The notes under the pieces: generated by a model
Told to the model about the DNA's origin: nothing
Database searches by the model: none
Seen by the model: the letters and a program-made list of their open reading frames with translations, nothing else
Made by a program: the position numbers and the translations under genes
Source of the DNA: a virus
Lineage: Duplodnaviria; Heunggongvirae; Uroviricota; Caudoviricetes
Strand: one strand, 5' to 3'
Virus record (IMG/VR): IMGVR_UViG_3300043410_000565
Coordinates: 1-28,235 of that record
Length of the DNA stretch: 28,235 nt
Shown: positions 9,469 through 16,690 of the stretch, in pieces
Layout: each line of letters begins with the position of its first letter
How positions within the stretch are numbered: position 1 is the stretch's first letter

Positions 9469-10358
9469 AAAAGTTTATGACGGTTGCTGCCTTGGTGGTG
9501 GCAACCACTGCTAATGCGCAGACACCGTTGTTGACTGTTGTCCCAGCAGCCCTAAGTGTTACACAGGTTGCTTCAAACATAATCGACAATTATGAGCCTG
9601 CACCTGTAACTGTTCAAGCAGCTGGTTTCGGTGATACATGTAAGCAAGCCCTAGATGCTGCAAAGCGTTCTGCTCTTGAAAAGACCAACGGTTCTTTCCT
9701 ACACTCCGTGGAGAAGTACAAAGATGGTTCATACCACGCTAAGATTGAAGAATACAGTGGTGGTGTGATTAAGTCTTTCAAGTATCTCCGCGATGACTGC
9801 ACATATGTAATCATTGAAGCGCAAGTCGTTCGTCGTTCTAACATTGTACAGATGAACGGTACTGACTTGAATAAAGATCAGATCCTGCACGTCAAAGGAA
9901 TCAAAGAAGAACGCGACCGTAAACAATCGGCTGTTCGTTTGTTGGATGATCGTCGAGATGCTGTCTACTTCAAAACAGATAACATTGAGATGAATGTTCA
10001 AGACAACTCAGATTGGGTTGATGTTGCTATCAAAGGTGAGTTTGCTTTTAAGGATAAGTGGAAAGCGGATTGGAAAGATGTCCGTCAGATGTTTGGTTAC
10101 TTCAACCTCCCATCTTTTACTACTGAAGCGTCAGTGTTGGTTACTGGTTACGATGAAGATGGTAAGAAAATCTTTGACCGTACCATCCAACGTACATGGA
10201 CAGCTGGTGGTGAATGGAGGATGTGGTACATCACAAACTATGGTGTAGAACGAAGTGTTGAAGTTCGTATCCACGAAACCGATCCTCTGAAGGTTAAGTT
10301 CCGTGTTCCTCTTGACCAGTTAGAAAAAGTGAAAAGTTTTAAGGTTGAAGTTGTATGA
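9465..10358 (+). CDS. exported protein
   Basis: MKKFMTVAALVVATTANA signal peptide; G.G.T..QALD.A motif. Confidence 0.75.
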   Translation: MKKFMTVAALVVATTANAQTPLLTVVPAALSVTQVASNIIDNYEPAPVTVQAAGFGDTCKQALDAAKRSALEKTNGSFLHSVEKYKDGSYHAKIEEYSGGVIKSFKYLRDDCTYVIIEAQVVRRSNIVQMNGTDLNKDQILHVKGIKEERDRKQSAVRLLDDRRDAVYFKTDNIEMNVQDNSDWVDVAIKGEFAFKDKWKADWKDVRQMFGYFNLPSFTTEASVLVTGYDEDGKKIFDRTIQRTWTAGGEWRMWYITNYGVERSVEVRIHETDPLKVKFRVPLDQLEKVKSFKVEVV

Positions 10359-10783
10359 AAAAGAAATGGGTTGATGCGTTCATGGATACAGCCGAGCGAT
10401 TTGCTCAGCTGAGTTCTGCTGTTCGACTGAAGGTTGGTGCAGTTGTTGTAAAAGACCAACGCATCGTATCCATTGGTTACAACGGTACACCTGCTGGCTG
10501 GTCTAATGAGTGCGAAGAAACGATTTATCGGATCGCCGAAGAACCTATTCAGAGAACAAAAGATGAAGTTATCCATGCTGAAGCGAATGCGATTGCCAAG
10601 TTGGCTCGTGATGGTGAGTCTGGTTTACACGCTGATCTATTCTGTACTCATGCTCCTTGCATTCAATGTGCCAAGATAATCTATGGCGCAGGTGTAAAGA
10701 AAGTCTATTACCGAAATTCATATCGTAATAACGATGGTTTGGACTTCTTGGCTAAATGCGGTATACAATTAGAAAAGGTATAA
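10355..10783 (+). CDS. cd: dCMP deaminase
   Basis: SIGYNG, HAEANAI and PCIQC Zn-deaminase motifs. Confidence 0.9.
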   Translation: MKKKWVDAFMDTAERFAQLSSAVRLKVGAVVVKDQRIVSIGYNGTPAGWSNECEETIYRIAEEPIQRTKDEVIHAEANAIAKLARDGESGLHADLFCTHAPCIQCAKIIYGAGVKKVYYRNSYRNNDGLDFLAKCGIQLEKV

Positions 10784-10786
10784 ATA
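10779..10786 (+). promoter_or_regulatory. T4-type late promoter
   Basis: TATAAATA about 30 nt upstream of ORF 10818. Confidence 0.7.
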
Positions 10787-10817
10787 GTAGAATTAGATAT
10801 ATTCTACCGAGGATTCC

Positions 10818-12311
10818 ATGCGTAACTTTAAGAACTGGCTGACTGAAGAGTTTAACTCTGCTGACTATGAAGGCAGAACCCCACATCACGTTTACCATAC
10901 CGAACATGGACATCTAGTTCACGTTCATATTGATAAAGATGAACACGGCAGTCACGCAACGTTTATCAACCAACACTTAGGTGGAGTTGTTAAAACAGTT
11001 CACTGGAAACCAGATGCTGAACAACCTTCAAAAGATGAACTTGAGAAGGCTTCAGCGTATGAGCCAGAAGACGACGAGAAAGAACATATGAAAGAAGAAA
11101 TTCTTTCGTTCAAAGGTTTACTCGCTGAAAAAGCACCACCAAAGGTTAAGGTTGAAAAACCAGCGAAAGCTGAAACTGAACACGTTGATAAGAACGGTAA
11201 TTTGTCTATCAACGCTGGTGGTATTCTAACTGAGATGGCTACACACTATCACCTGAATGAGCATAAGCACAAGGTGAATGGTACAATTGGTTCTCCAGAA
11301 CACAAAGCCGAACAGAAAGAAATTCAGGGCAACATCAATAAGATCGCCAAGCATAAGAATGCTACTAAGGAAACCAAAGAGCAAGTTCAGACACGTATCT
11401 ATCATGGTCGTTCTGCAGCTGCTGGTATCATCCGCAATGTGCGTGTGAAACATGGTCCAAAGGCACGTATCATTAATGTTGGTCACACTTCTAAGGCTGG
11501 GGACATCCCTCGCTTTACTCGTGGTGTTCACAACGATACTCAGGAGAATACTTCTGACGTTGCGGTTGAGGTACATGGTTCTCAGAACAAACCTCATCCA
11601 AAGAACTCTGATGGTACGCACTTTGAAGGTTTCTCTCTAAAGTCTTCTAAGAAGTCCGCAGAGATTACAGCAAAGAACCCAGCAGCCGACATGGGTGGAT
11701 TGATTGATCACTCTACTCGTAAGTTGGAAGCTGATAAAGAAGGTAAGGCTGCTCTAGAAAAGCACGTCTTCAAACCACTAGGCATTGGCGGTAAAACGCC
11801 AGCCGAGCGTGGTAAGATTCTTGATAAAGCCAGAGCAGAACATGAAGCTGCAGGTGGTGAGAAGAACAAGAGTCCAATGGAGTTGAAAGCGAACGAAGGT
11901 GGCAAGAAAGCCATCAAAGCTCAAAACGATGAACTCCATGACCATTTGAAACATCTAACGACTCTTCCGAAGAACGAAGGTAACAAGATGATTGGTAAGA
12001 TGTTGACGGCTCACTTGATGCCTGATACTGATATGCCAAACTCAAAGGTCAAAGTGTCTGGTGAGAAGAAAGAGAAGATCAAGTCAGTGGTTGAACCTAA
12101 CAGTGACCACCCATTGAAGAAAGTTCTTTCTGATCCAAAGACAAAGTTTGACGTTCGCAAGAACGCAGGTGGTGGAGCAATCCACGTTGGGTATGAACAC
12201 CCAAAGACAGGTGAGTTCGTTCACCTAGCAACTTATGCTGCGAAACCTAAGTCCAATGCCTCTAAGGCAGGTACGATGGGTTGGAACATCAAGGCTGCTA
12301 AGTTCCACTAA
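10818..12311 (+). CDS. late, probably capsid-packaged protein with a possible PD-(D/E)xK-like domain
   Basis: Late promoter; N-terminus MRNFKNWLTEE resembles T4 capsid-targeting sequences; TSDVAV...EGFSLKS motif. Confidence 0.55.
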   Translation: MRNFKNWLTEEFNSADYEGRTPHHVYHTEHGHLVHVHIDKDEHGSHATFINQHLGGVVKTVHWKPDAEQPSKDELEKASAYEPEDDEKEHMKEEILSFKGLLAEKAPPKVKVEKPAKAETEHVDKNGNLSINAGGILTEMATHYHLNEHKHKVNGTIGSPEHKAEQKEIQGNINKIAKHKNATKETKEQVQTRIYHGRSAAAGIIRNVRVKHGPKARIINVGHTSKAGDIPRFTRGVHNDTQENTSDVAVEVHGSQNKPHPKNSDGTHFEGFSLKSSKKSAEITAKNPAADMGGLIDHSTRKLEADKEGKAALEKHVFKPLGIGGKTPAERGKILDKARAEHEAAGGEKNKSPMELKANEGGKKAIKAQNDELHDHLKHLTTLPKNEGNKMIGKMLTAHLMPDTDMPNSKVKVSGEKKEKIKSVVEPNSDHPLKKVLSDPKTKFDVRKNAGGGAIHVGYEHPKTGEFVHLATYAAKPKSNASKAGTMGWNIKAAKFH

Positions 12312-12341
12312 AAATATTTGATAAAAAAAGTCAAAAAAGAC

Positions 12342-12381
12342 TTGACTTTTAATCAAACCTGTGGTATAATTCTTATAAATA
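12342..12381 (+). promoter_or_regulatory. early promoter followed by a late promoter
   Basis: TTGACT-17 nt-TATAAT (12342-12370) and TATAAATA (12374-12381). Confidence 0.75.
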
Positions 12382-12427
12382 GTTCTACTGGAGTTGAAAG
12401 ACTCTGGTAGAAAATTCTAAAAATCGC

Positions 12428-12456
12428 TTTACTTTTATTAGGAAATAAGGTATAAT
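12428..12456 (+). promoter_or_regulatory. promoter for the leader peptide
   Basis: AAATCGC-TTTACT-17 nt-TATAAT. Confidence 0.75.
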
Positions 12457-12462
12457 TCTTCT

Positions 12463-12603
12463 ATGAACTCGATAATGTTAAATTCCAGATTGCATAAACA
12501 GCTTCCGCAAGTAGCTGCATGGAATTGCACACACCCAGAGTTTACAGAAGGCTCAGGATATGCGATTGAAAGCGATACTGGGGGTTTTGGTAAGTTGATG
12601 TAA
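12463..12603 (+). CDS. putative attenuator leader peptide (46 aa, leaderless)
   Basis: MNSIMLNSRLHKQLPQVAAWNCTHPEFTEGSGYAIESDTGGFGKLM*; ATG 7 nt after the -10 box; 3' end overlaps the antiterminator arm. Confidence 0.65.
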   Translation: MNSIMLNSRLHKQLPQVAAWNCTHPEFTEGSGYAIESDTGGFGKLM

Positions 12604-12626
12604 CGATACGTCTAACTTCTATTTAC

Positions 12627-12665
12627 CAAAACCCCGAAGATGAAAATCTCGGGGTTTTTGTTTTT
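12627..12665 (+). terminator. intrinsic terminator with a competing antiterminator
   Basis: AAAACCCCG-A-AGAT-GAAA-ATCT-CGGGGTTTT then T-tract; the left arm also pairs with 12581-12593. Confidence 0.85.
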
Positions 12666-12681
12666 AGCGATCAAAAATCGC

Positions 12682-12710
12682 TTGACTTAAATTAAGAACT
12701 GCGTTATAAT
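12682..12710 (+). promoter_or_regulatory. promoter upstream of the tRNA array
   Basis: AAATCGC-TTGACT-17 nt-TATAAT. Confidence 0.75.
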
Positions 12711-12791
12711 ACGTGTTCTGATGTTCTTTAAAAATCTGGACTTTGTTTAAAAAGTTGTCAGCGTTGGTTCGCTGATGCTGACAACTTCTGT

Positions 12792-12865
12792 TCCTCCATG
12801 GTGTAATGGTAACACAACGGGCTTTGAACTCGTTATCATTGGTTCGATTCCAATTGGGGGTGCCA
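12792..12865 (+). tRNA. tRNA-Gln(TTG)
   Basis: Cloverleaf; ACGGG-CT TTG AA-CTCGT; CCA. Confidence 0.9.
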
Positions 12866-12968
12866 AACAAAAACACATTATCTAACCTGTAGTGCGGTCA
12901 CAGGGCATCGTAAGGTGTGGTAGCCGTGATAGTGTGCTTTTGTTTGGTTCATATAACAGGAGAAAGAA

Positions 12969-13115
12969 ATGAAACGAAAACAAATGGCTGCTCCTCGTGA
13001 ACGTAATCAGTTCGTGGCTGCAGCCCTATTCCGAAAAGCGGGTGCCCACTGTAAATCCAACAAGGCAGTCCGTCGTAAACAAAAAATGGATGTCTTAAAA
13101 GGGTTTGTAGTTTAA
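12969..13115 (+). CDS. small basic protein (48 aa), weakly ArfA-like; stop codon inside tRNA-Lys
   Basis: AGGAG SD; MKRKQMAAPRERNQFVAAALFRKAGAHCKSNKAVRRK... Confidence 0.6.
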   Translation: MKRKQMAAPRERNQFVAAALFRKAGAHCKSNKAVRRKQKMDVLKGFVV

Positions 13116-13177
13116 CGGCAAAAACATCTGGCTTTTAACCAGTAAGACTCTCGGTTCGAATCCGAGCAGACCCACCA
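13101..13177 (+). tRNA. tRNA-Lys(TTT)
   Basis: CTGG-CT TTT AA-CCAG; TTCGAAT T-loop; CCA. Confidence 0.9.
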
Positions 13178-13189
13178 AAAGTTCTTAGG

Positions 13190-13263
13190 GGTGGGCATAG
13201 TGTAGTGGAAGCACCCGACTCTGTGAAAGTCGTAGTATGGGATCGTTACCCATTGTTCACCCC
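13190..13263 (+). tRNA. tRNA-His(GTG), G-1, CCA not fully encoded
   Basis: CGACT-CT GTG AA-AGTCG; ATCGTTA T-loop. Confidence 0.8.
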
Positions 13264-13274
13264 TAAGAATTTTT

Positions 13275-13350
13275 GCCGATGTAGCTCAGTTGGTAGAGCA
13301 GCGGATTGAAAATCCGTGTGTCACTGGTTCAAATCCAGTCTTCGGCACCA
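13275..13350 (+). tRNA. tRNA-Phe(GAA)
   Basis: Canonical cloverleaf; CCA. Confidence 0.95.
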
Positions 13351-13355
13351 AATAT

Positions 13356-13429
13356 TCCTTCATAGCTCAAAGGTAGAGCAATCGGCTGATAACCGATAGA
13401 CAGAGGATCGTTACCTCTTGAAGGAACCA
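13356..13429 (+). tRNA. tRNA-Ile(GAT)
   Basis: ATCGG-CT GAT AA-CCGAT; CCA. Confidence 0.9.
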
Positions 13430-13440
13430 AATTAGACCGT

Positions 13441-13561
13441 TAGAATCGTTACAGCAATTTTAAATAATCTTTCTGGAAAAAAGAGGGTCTGGGTTCGAAT
13501 CCCAGCGCTGAGTTGGTCTTCAGTGTGGTGTAATGGTAGCACGATAAAAGCGATTCTGTTA
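13441..13561 (+). ncRNA. Y-RNA-like element 1 (permuted tRNA mimic, GGA loop)
   Basis: Stem AGAATCG/CGATTCT plus CAGCAA; interior order anticodon arm, T arm, closed acceptor, D arm. Confidence 0.75.
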
Positions 13562-13563
13562 TT

Positions 13564-13638
13564 GGTGATATGGCGTAGATGGATGCGCACTGGCTTCATA
13601 AGCCAAGGAGAGTGGATCGATACCACTTATCACCACCA
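13564..13638 (+). tRNA. tRNA-Met(CAT)
   Basis: TGGC-TT CAT AA-GCCA; CCA; Met versus Ile2 not certain. Confidence 0.8.
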
Positions 13639-13646
13639 AAGATTTT

Positions 13647-13738
13647 GGAGAGTAATGCAGCTGCGTTGGTGCGGCGACCAGCCTTGAAAACTGGGTTCTC
13701 AGAAATGGGATGGGGTTCGACTCCTCTGCTCTCCGCCA
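13647..13738 (+). tRNA. tRNA-Ser(TGA), 8/4 non-canonical fold
   Basis: CT TGA AA loop; long variable arm; G73; 8-bp acceptor and 4-bp T stem. Confidence 0.8.
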
Positions 13739-13850
13739 AAATATTCGGCGTAATTAACCGATAGTAAACACTAACAGATGCTGGGTCATCATGTCTGTTT
13801 AAGCTGATAAAGCTAGTGGGGTATAAGTCCCTAATGTGCCTCGATATTTT

Positions 13851-13925
13851 GCCCTTGTAGTATAATGGCTATTACAGTTGCCTTGTAAGCATCAAAATGC
13901 GGTTCAATTCCGTACTGGGGCACCA
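13851..13925 (+). tRNA. tRNA-Thr(TGT)
   Basis: CT TGT AA loop; GCC start; CCA. Confidence 0.85.
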
Positions 13926-13929
13926 ATTT

Positions 13930-14000
13930 TAGGATGAGTTCTGCAACACACAAGAACACCAAACTTTTAATTTGACCTGTTCGTCAAAATCATCCTGTTG
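13930..14000 (+). ncRNA. Y-RNA-like element 2 (Lys TTT anticodon-like hairpin)
   Basis: Stem AGGATGA/TCATCCT plus CTGCAA and GTTG; CAAA-CT TTT AA-TTTG. Confidence 0.7.
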
Positions 14001-14005
14001 TATAT

Positions 14006-14080
14006 GTACCATTAGACTTCTGGTGAGGTCATCACCCTTTCAAGGTGACTAGACGGGATCGTAACCCGTATGGTACTCCA
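14006..14080 (+). tRNA. tRNA-Glu(TTC)
   Basis: TCACC-CT TTC AA-GGTGA; CCA. Confidence 0.88.
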
Positions 14081-14177
14081 AGGCAAATAGTAATCTTGTT
14101 TTGATGCATGGTTACTCAACGTTTGTTAGTTTAGATGGGTGCTATCAAAACTAATGCAAGGAAGGAAACTTCTTTGC

Positions 14178-14253
14178 TCCGTAGAATCCAAGCAAGGTGC
14201 AAGGACTTGACTGTTAATCAATGATTAGACTGGTTCGATCCCAGTGTACGGAG
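14178..14253 (+). tRNA. atypical tRNA-Asn(GTT)-like gene, no CCA
   Basis: TTGA-CT GTT AA-TCAA; normal T arm; large D loop; extended acceptor. Confidence 0.65.
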
Positions 14254-14267
14254 CAAAGCAGTTTTAT

Positions 14268-14341
14268 CAGGGAATAGGATAGTGGTAGTCGACGAGTCTT
14301 GGATACTCGAGGTGGGAGTTCGATTCTCCCTTCCCTGACCA
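14268..14341 (+). tRNA. tRNA-Pro(TGG)
   Basis: CGAGT-CT TGG AT-ACTCG; CCA. Confidence 0.88.
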
Positions 14342-14351
14342 CAGAATTATT

Positions 14352-14426
14352 GGGGGCAGTAGTGGGCTACGGCTCTCCCTTGCAAGGAGGGTGTCTAGAA
14401 GGATTCGATTTCCTCGGTCTCCACCA
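14352..14426 (+). tRNA. atypical tRNA-Ala(TGC)
   Basis: CTCC-CT TGC AA-GGAG; G3:U70; reduced D arm; CCA. Confidence 0.7.
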
Positions 14427-14432
14427 ATATAT

Positions 14433-14507
14433 GCGTTGTAAACTTTGATGGTGAAGCCTCGGCTCTTAACCGATGTGAAGACAGTTCGAATCTGTCACGA
14501 CGCACCA
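14433..14507 (+). tRNA. tRNA-Lys(CTT)
   Basis: TCGG-CT CTT AA-CCGA; CCA. Confidence 0.88.
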
Positions 14508-14512
14508 AGTTT

Positions 14513-14617
14513 TAGGTTAGTTACAGCAAAAATTAATGCACTGTCAATGGTTGACAATTTCACTTTCAATGAAACGTTTGTGGGTTCGATCCCCACTGCA
14601 AAACAACTAGCCTGTTG
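14513..14617 (+). ncRNA. Y-RNA-like element 3 (internal tRNA-Glu-like cloverleaf)
   Basis: Stem AGGTTAGTT/AACTAGCCT plus CAGCAA; D-like arm, TTTCA-CT TTC AA-TGAAA, T arm GTGGG-TTCGATC-CCCAC. Confidence 0.75.
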
Positions 14618-14623
14618 AATTAT

Positions 14624-14700
14624 GTCCCTTTAGCATAACTGGAGAATGTACCGTCCTACGAAGTCGGGCGATGCAGGTTCGAATCCTGTGGGGGACGCCA
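14624..14700 (+). tRNA. tRNA-Arg(ACG)
   Basis: CT ACG AA loop; CCA. Confidence 0.88.
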
Positions 14701-14705
14701 AGTTT

Positions 14706-14897
14706 TAGGATCCTTTCAGCAACATAAAATGCAATGAAAGCCTCGTGTCGGTGGTGCAAATCCACCCTTCTCCACTGAGTGTATCAGTGAGTGTGAGTCA
14801 CTTTAAACATAGCCAGAGGACGCTCAGGAGTTCGGCTGGTATATTCAGTGGAGAAGTAGCTCAGTTAGTAGAGCAGAGTTAAAAGCGGATCCTGTTG
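14706..14897 (+). ncRNA. Y-RNA-like element 4 (circularly permuted tRNA-Phe-like)
   Basis: Stem AGGATCC/GGATCCT plus CAGCAA; tRNA 3' half (14735-14774) precedes the 5' half (14850-14880). Confidence 0.8.
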
Positions 14898-14902
14898 ATT
14901 AT

Positions 14903-14992
14903 GGAGATATGGTCGAGTCTGGTTTATGGCACCTGTCTAGAAAACAGGCAACCCGAAAGGGTTCGTGGGTTCAAATCCTACTATCTCCGCCA
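14903..14992 (+). tRNA. tRNA-Ser(AGA)
   Basis: CCTGT-CT AGA AA-ACAGG; long variable arm; G73; CCA. Confidence 0.9.
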
Positions 14993-14996
14993 GTTT

Positions 14997-15092
14997 TAGG
15001 TTATTTGCAGCAAAACAAAATTCATAGGTTCGACTCCTATATTACTCACCAAAATCCGAGTGATTGCATGGCGCAAACAAGATAACCTGTTG
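14997..15092 (+). ncRNA. Y-RNA-like element 5 (T arm, closed acceptor, D-like arm)
   Basis: Stem AGGTTAT/ATAACCT plus CAGCAA; ATAGG-TTCGACT-CCTAT then ATTACTC/GAGTGAT. Confidence 0.75.
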
Positions 15093-15117
15093 TATTTTAA
15101 ATGAAAGAGGTGATACT

Positions 15118-15687
15118 ATGCCAAGTGTATTTTTAGTAAGCGATACGCACTTTGGTCACGCTGGTGTATGTAAATTCACCGAAGCAGACGGAGTGACAAA
15201 AATCCGACCGTGGACTGATCCAGAAGAAATGGATGAAGCCATGGTCAAGATGTGGAACGAAACAGTCAAGCCGACTGATAAAGTTTACCACTTAGGTGAC
15301 GTTGTCATTAACCGCAAGGCATTAAAGATTATGCATCGGTTGAACGGTGACAAGGTTTTAATTAAGGGCAACCACGATATCTTTAGATTAGAGGAATATA
15401 CTCCATTCTTCAGAGACATTCGAGGGAGCCACGTGATGAACGGTATGATTTTAACTCATATCCCAGTTCATGAATCTAACTTGTATCGTTTCGGTACTAA
15501 CATCCACGGTCACACTCATACCAATCGCGTTATGATGACTGATCAATACGGTGTTACTCGAATCGACCCTCGTTACCAATGTGTCTGTGTTGAACAGACA
15601 GATTTTAGACCAATCTTATTTGAAGACGTAATTAAGCGTATCAAAGAAGAAGGTGGATCAGTCGGTTTCAAGAACGGTAACTATTAA
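15118..15687 (+). CDS. calcineurin-like metallophosphoesterase
   Basis: SDTHFGH, LGD, GNHD and HGHTH motifs; GAGGTG SD before ATG 15118. Confidence 0.9.
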   Translation: MPSVFLVSDTHFGHAGVCKFTEADGVTKIRPWTDPEEMDEAMVKMWNETVKPTDKVYHLGDVVINRKALKIMHRLNGDKVLIKGNHDIFRLEEYTPFFRDIRGSHVMNGMILTHIPVHESNLYRFGTNIHGHTHTNRVMMTDQYGVTRIDPRYQCVCVEQTDFRPILFEDVIKRIKEEGGSVGFKNGNY

Positions 15688-15688
15688 T

Positions 15689-15778
15689 GGAGAGTGGGCA
15701 GGACGGTAATGCAGCAGTTTGCTAAACTGTAGATCTCAGGAATGGGGTCAGTGGGTTCGATTCCCACACTCTCCGCCA
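15689..15778 (+). tRNA. tRNA-Ser(GCT)
   Basis: TT GCT AA loop; long variable arm; CCA. Confidence 0.9.
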
Positions 15779-15784
15779 ATTGTC

Positions 15785-15859
15785 GGGCTGATAGCTTAAT
15801 GGTAAAGCAGCCGACTCATAATCGGTTGAGTCTGAGTTCAATTCTCAGTCAGCCCACCA
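15785..15859 (+). tRNA. tRNA(CAT), probably Ile2 (lysidine type)
   Basis: GCCGA-CT CAT AA-TCGGT resembles the bacterial Ile2 anticodon arm. Confidence 0.8.
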
Positions 15860-15929
15860 AGTTGTGTTGCAACTAATCTGGGGTGCTTGCGTTCTCGCCC
15901 AGTTAAAATGCCAAATAATACGCAGCCAT

Positions 15930-16006
15930 GCGGATGTGACGGAATTGGTATACGTGCTAGACTCAAAATCTAGATTCTGCGAGTTCGAGTCTCGCCATCC
16001 GTACCA
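15930..16006 (+). tRNA. tRNA-Leu(CAA), short variable loop
   Basis: CTAGA-CT CAA AA-TCTAG; Leu-type D arm; CCA. Confidence 0.88.
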
Positions 16007-16012
16007 GATAAT

Positions 16013-16086
16013 GTAGGTGGAGCCAGATGGTCGGGCACTGGATTGCAAACCCATGGAAGCAGGTTCGATTCCTGTCACCTACTCCA
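16013..16086 (+). tRNA. tRNA-Cys(GCA)
   Basis: TT GCA AA loop; U73; CCA. Confidence 0.85.
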
Positions 16087-16116
16087 AAAATATTTGATAA
16101 AATAGTCAAAAATCGC

Positions 16117-16145
16117 TTTACTTTTATTCAGAGTTAAGGTATAAT
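16117..16145 (+). promoter_or_regulatory. internal promoter of the tRNA array
   Basis: AAATCGC-TTTACT-17 nt-TATAAT. Confidence 0.75.
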
Positions 16146-16165
16146 TAATGTAATGAGTTGATAAT

Positions 16166-16252
16166 GCGAGAATGGTGGAATGGTATACGCATCGGGCTTA
16201 AAACCCGACGTCTGTAATGGGCATGCGGGTTCGAGTCCCGCTTCTCGCACCA
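16166..16252 (+). tRNA. tRNA-Leu(TAA)
   Basis: TCGGG-CT TAA AA-CCCGA; long variable arm. Confidence 0.92.
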
Positions 16253-16255
16253 AAT

Positions 16256-16331
16256 GTCCCGTTAGCTCAGTGGATAGAGCATCGGTCTTCTACACCGTGG
16301 GTCGGGAGTTCGAATCTCTCACGGGACGCCA
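16256..16331 (+). tRNA. tRNA-Arg(TCT)
   Basis: CT TCT AC loop; CCA. Confidence 0.92.
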
Positions 16332-16341
16332 AAAATAAAAC

Positions 16342-16370
16342 TTGACTTTTAATCAAGTTTGTAGTATAAT
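16342..16370 (+). promoter_or_regulatory. internal promoter
   Basis: TTGACT-17 nt-TATAAT. Confidence 0.75.
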
Positions 16371-16510
16371 TAATGTTGTTAAGTTAGTTCTTAAAGACCT
16401 TTCTAAGTCACTACGTGGAGTCGGGTGCGTAAGGCAATTTTAGGGGAATCGCTGGAAGAGTGATTCGGTTAGAGTTGCGTTGGGATAGTTAGGGGCAGAC
16501 TCTACAATTT

Positions 16511-16586
16511 GCACGATTCGTCTATCGGTTTAGGACACCAGCCTTTCACGTTGGTAAGACGGGTTCGATTCCCGTATCGTGTACCA
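16511..16586 (+). tRNA. tRNA-Glu(TTC), second copy
   Basis: CCAGC-CT TTC AC-GTTGG; CCA. Confidence 0.9.
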
Positions 16587-16690
16587 TATCAAAACGCATT
16601 GATGACAGTTAAACGGATAAGCAGGAATTTATTCCTCCGTGTTATACAGAAGGCTTTGTATGACGGTCAATGCGTTTTGATATGGTATAG

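Noticed and set aside
13452-13561. Pairing of CAGCA with the 3' TGTTG tail as a pseudoknot
   Set aside because: Variants CTGCA and CCGCA show no compensatory change, and there is no linker to span the stem.
13647-13738. tRNA-Sec
   Set aside because: The anticodon is TGA (Ser), not TCA, and the T stem is 4 bp.
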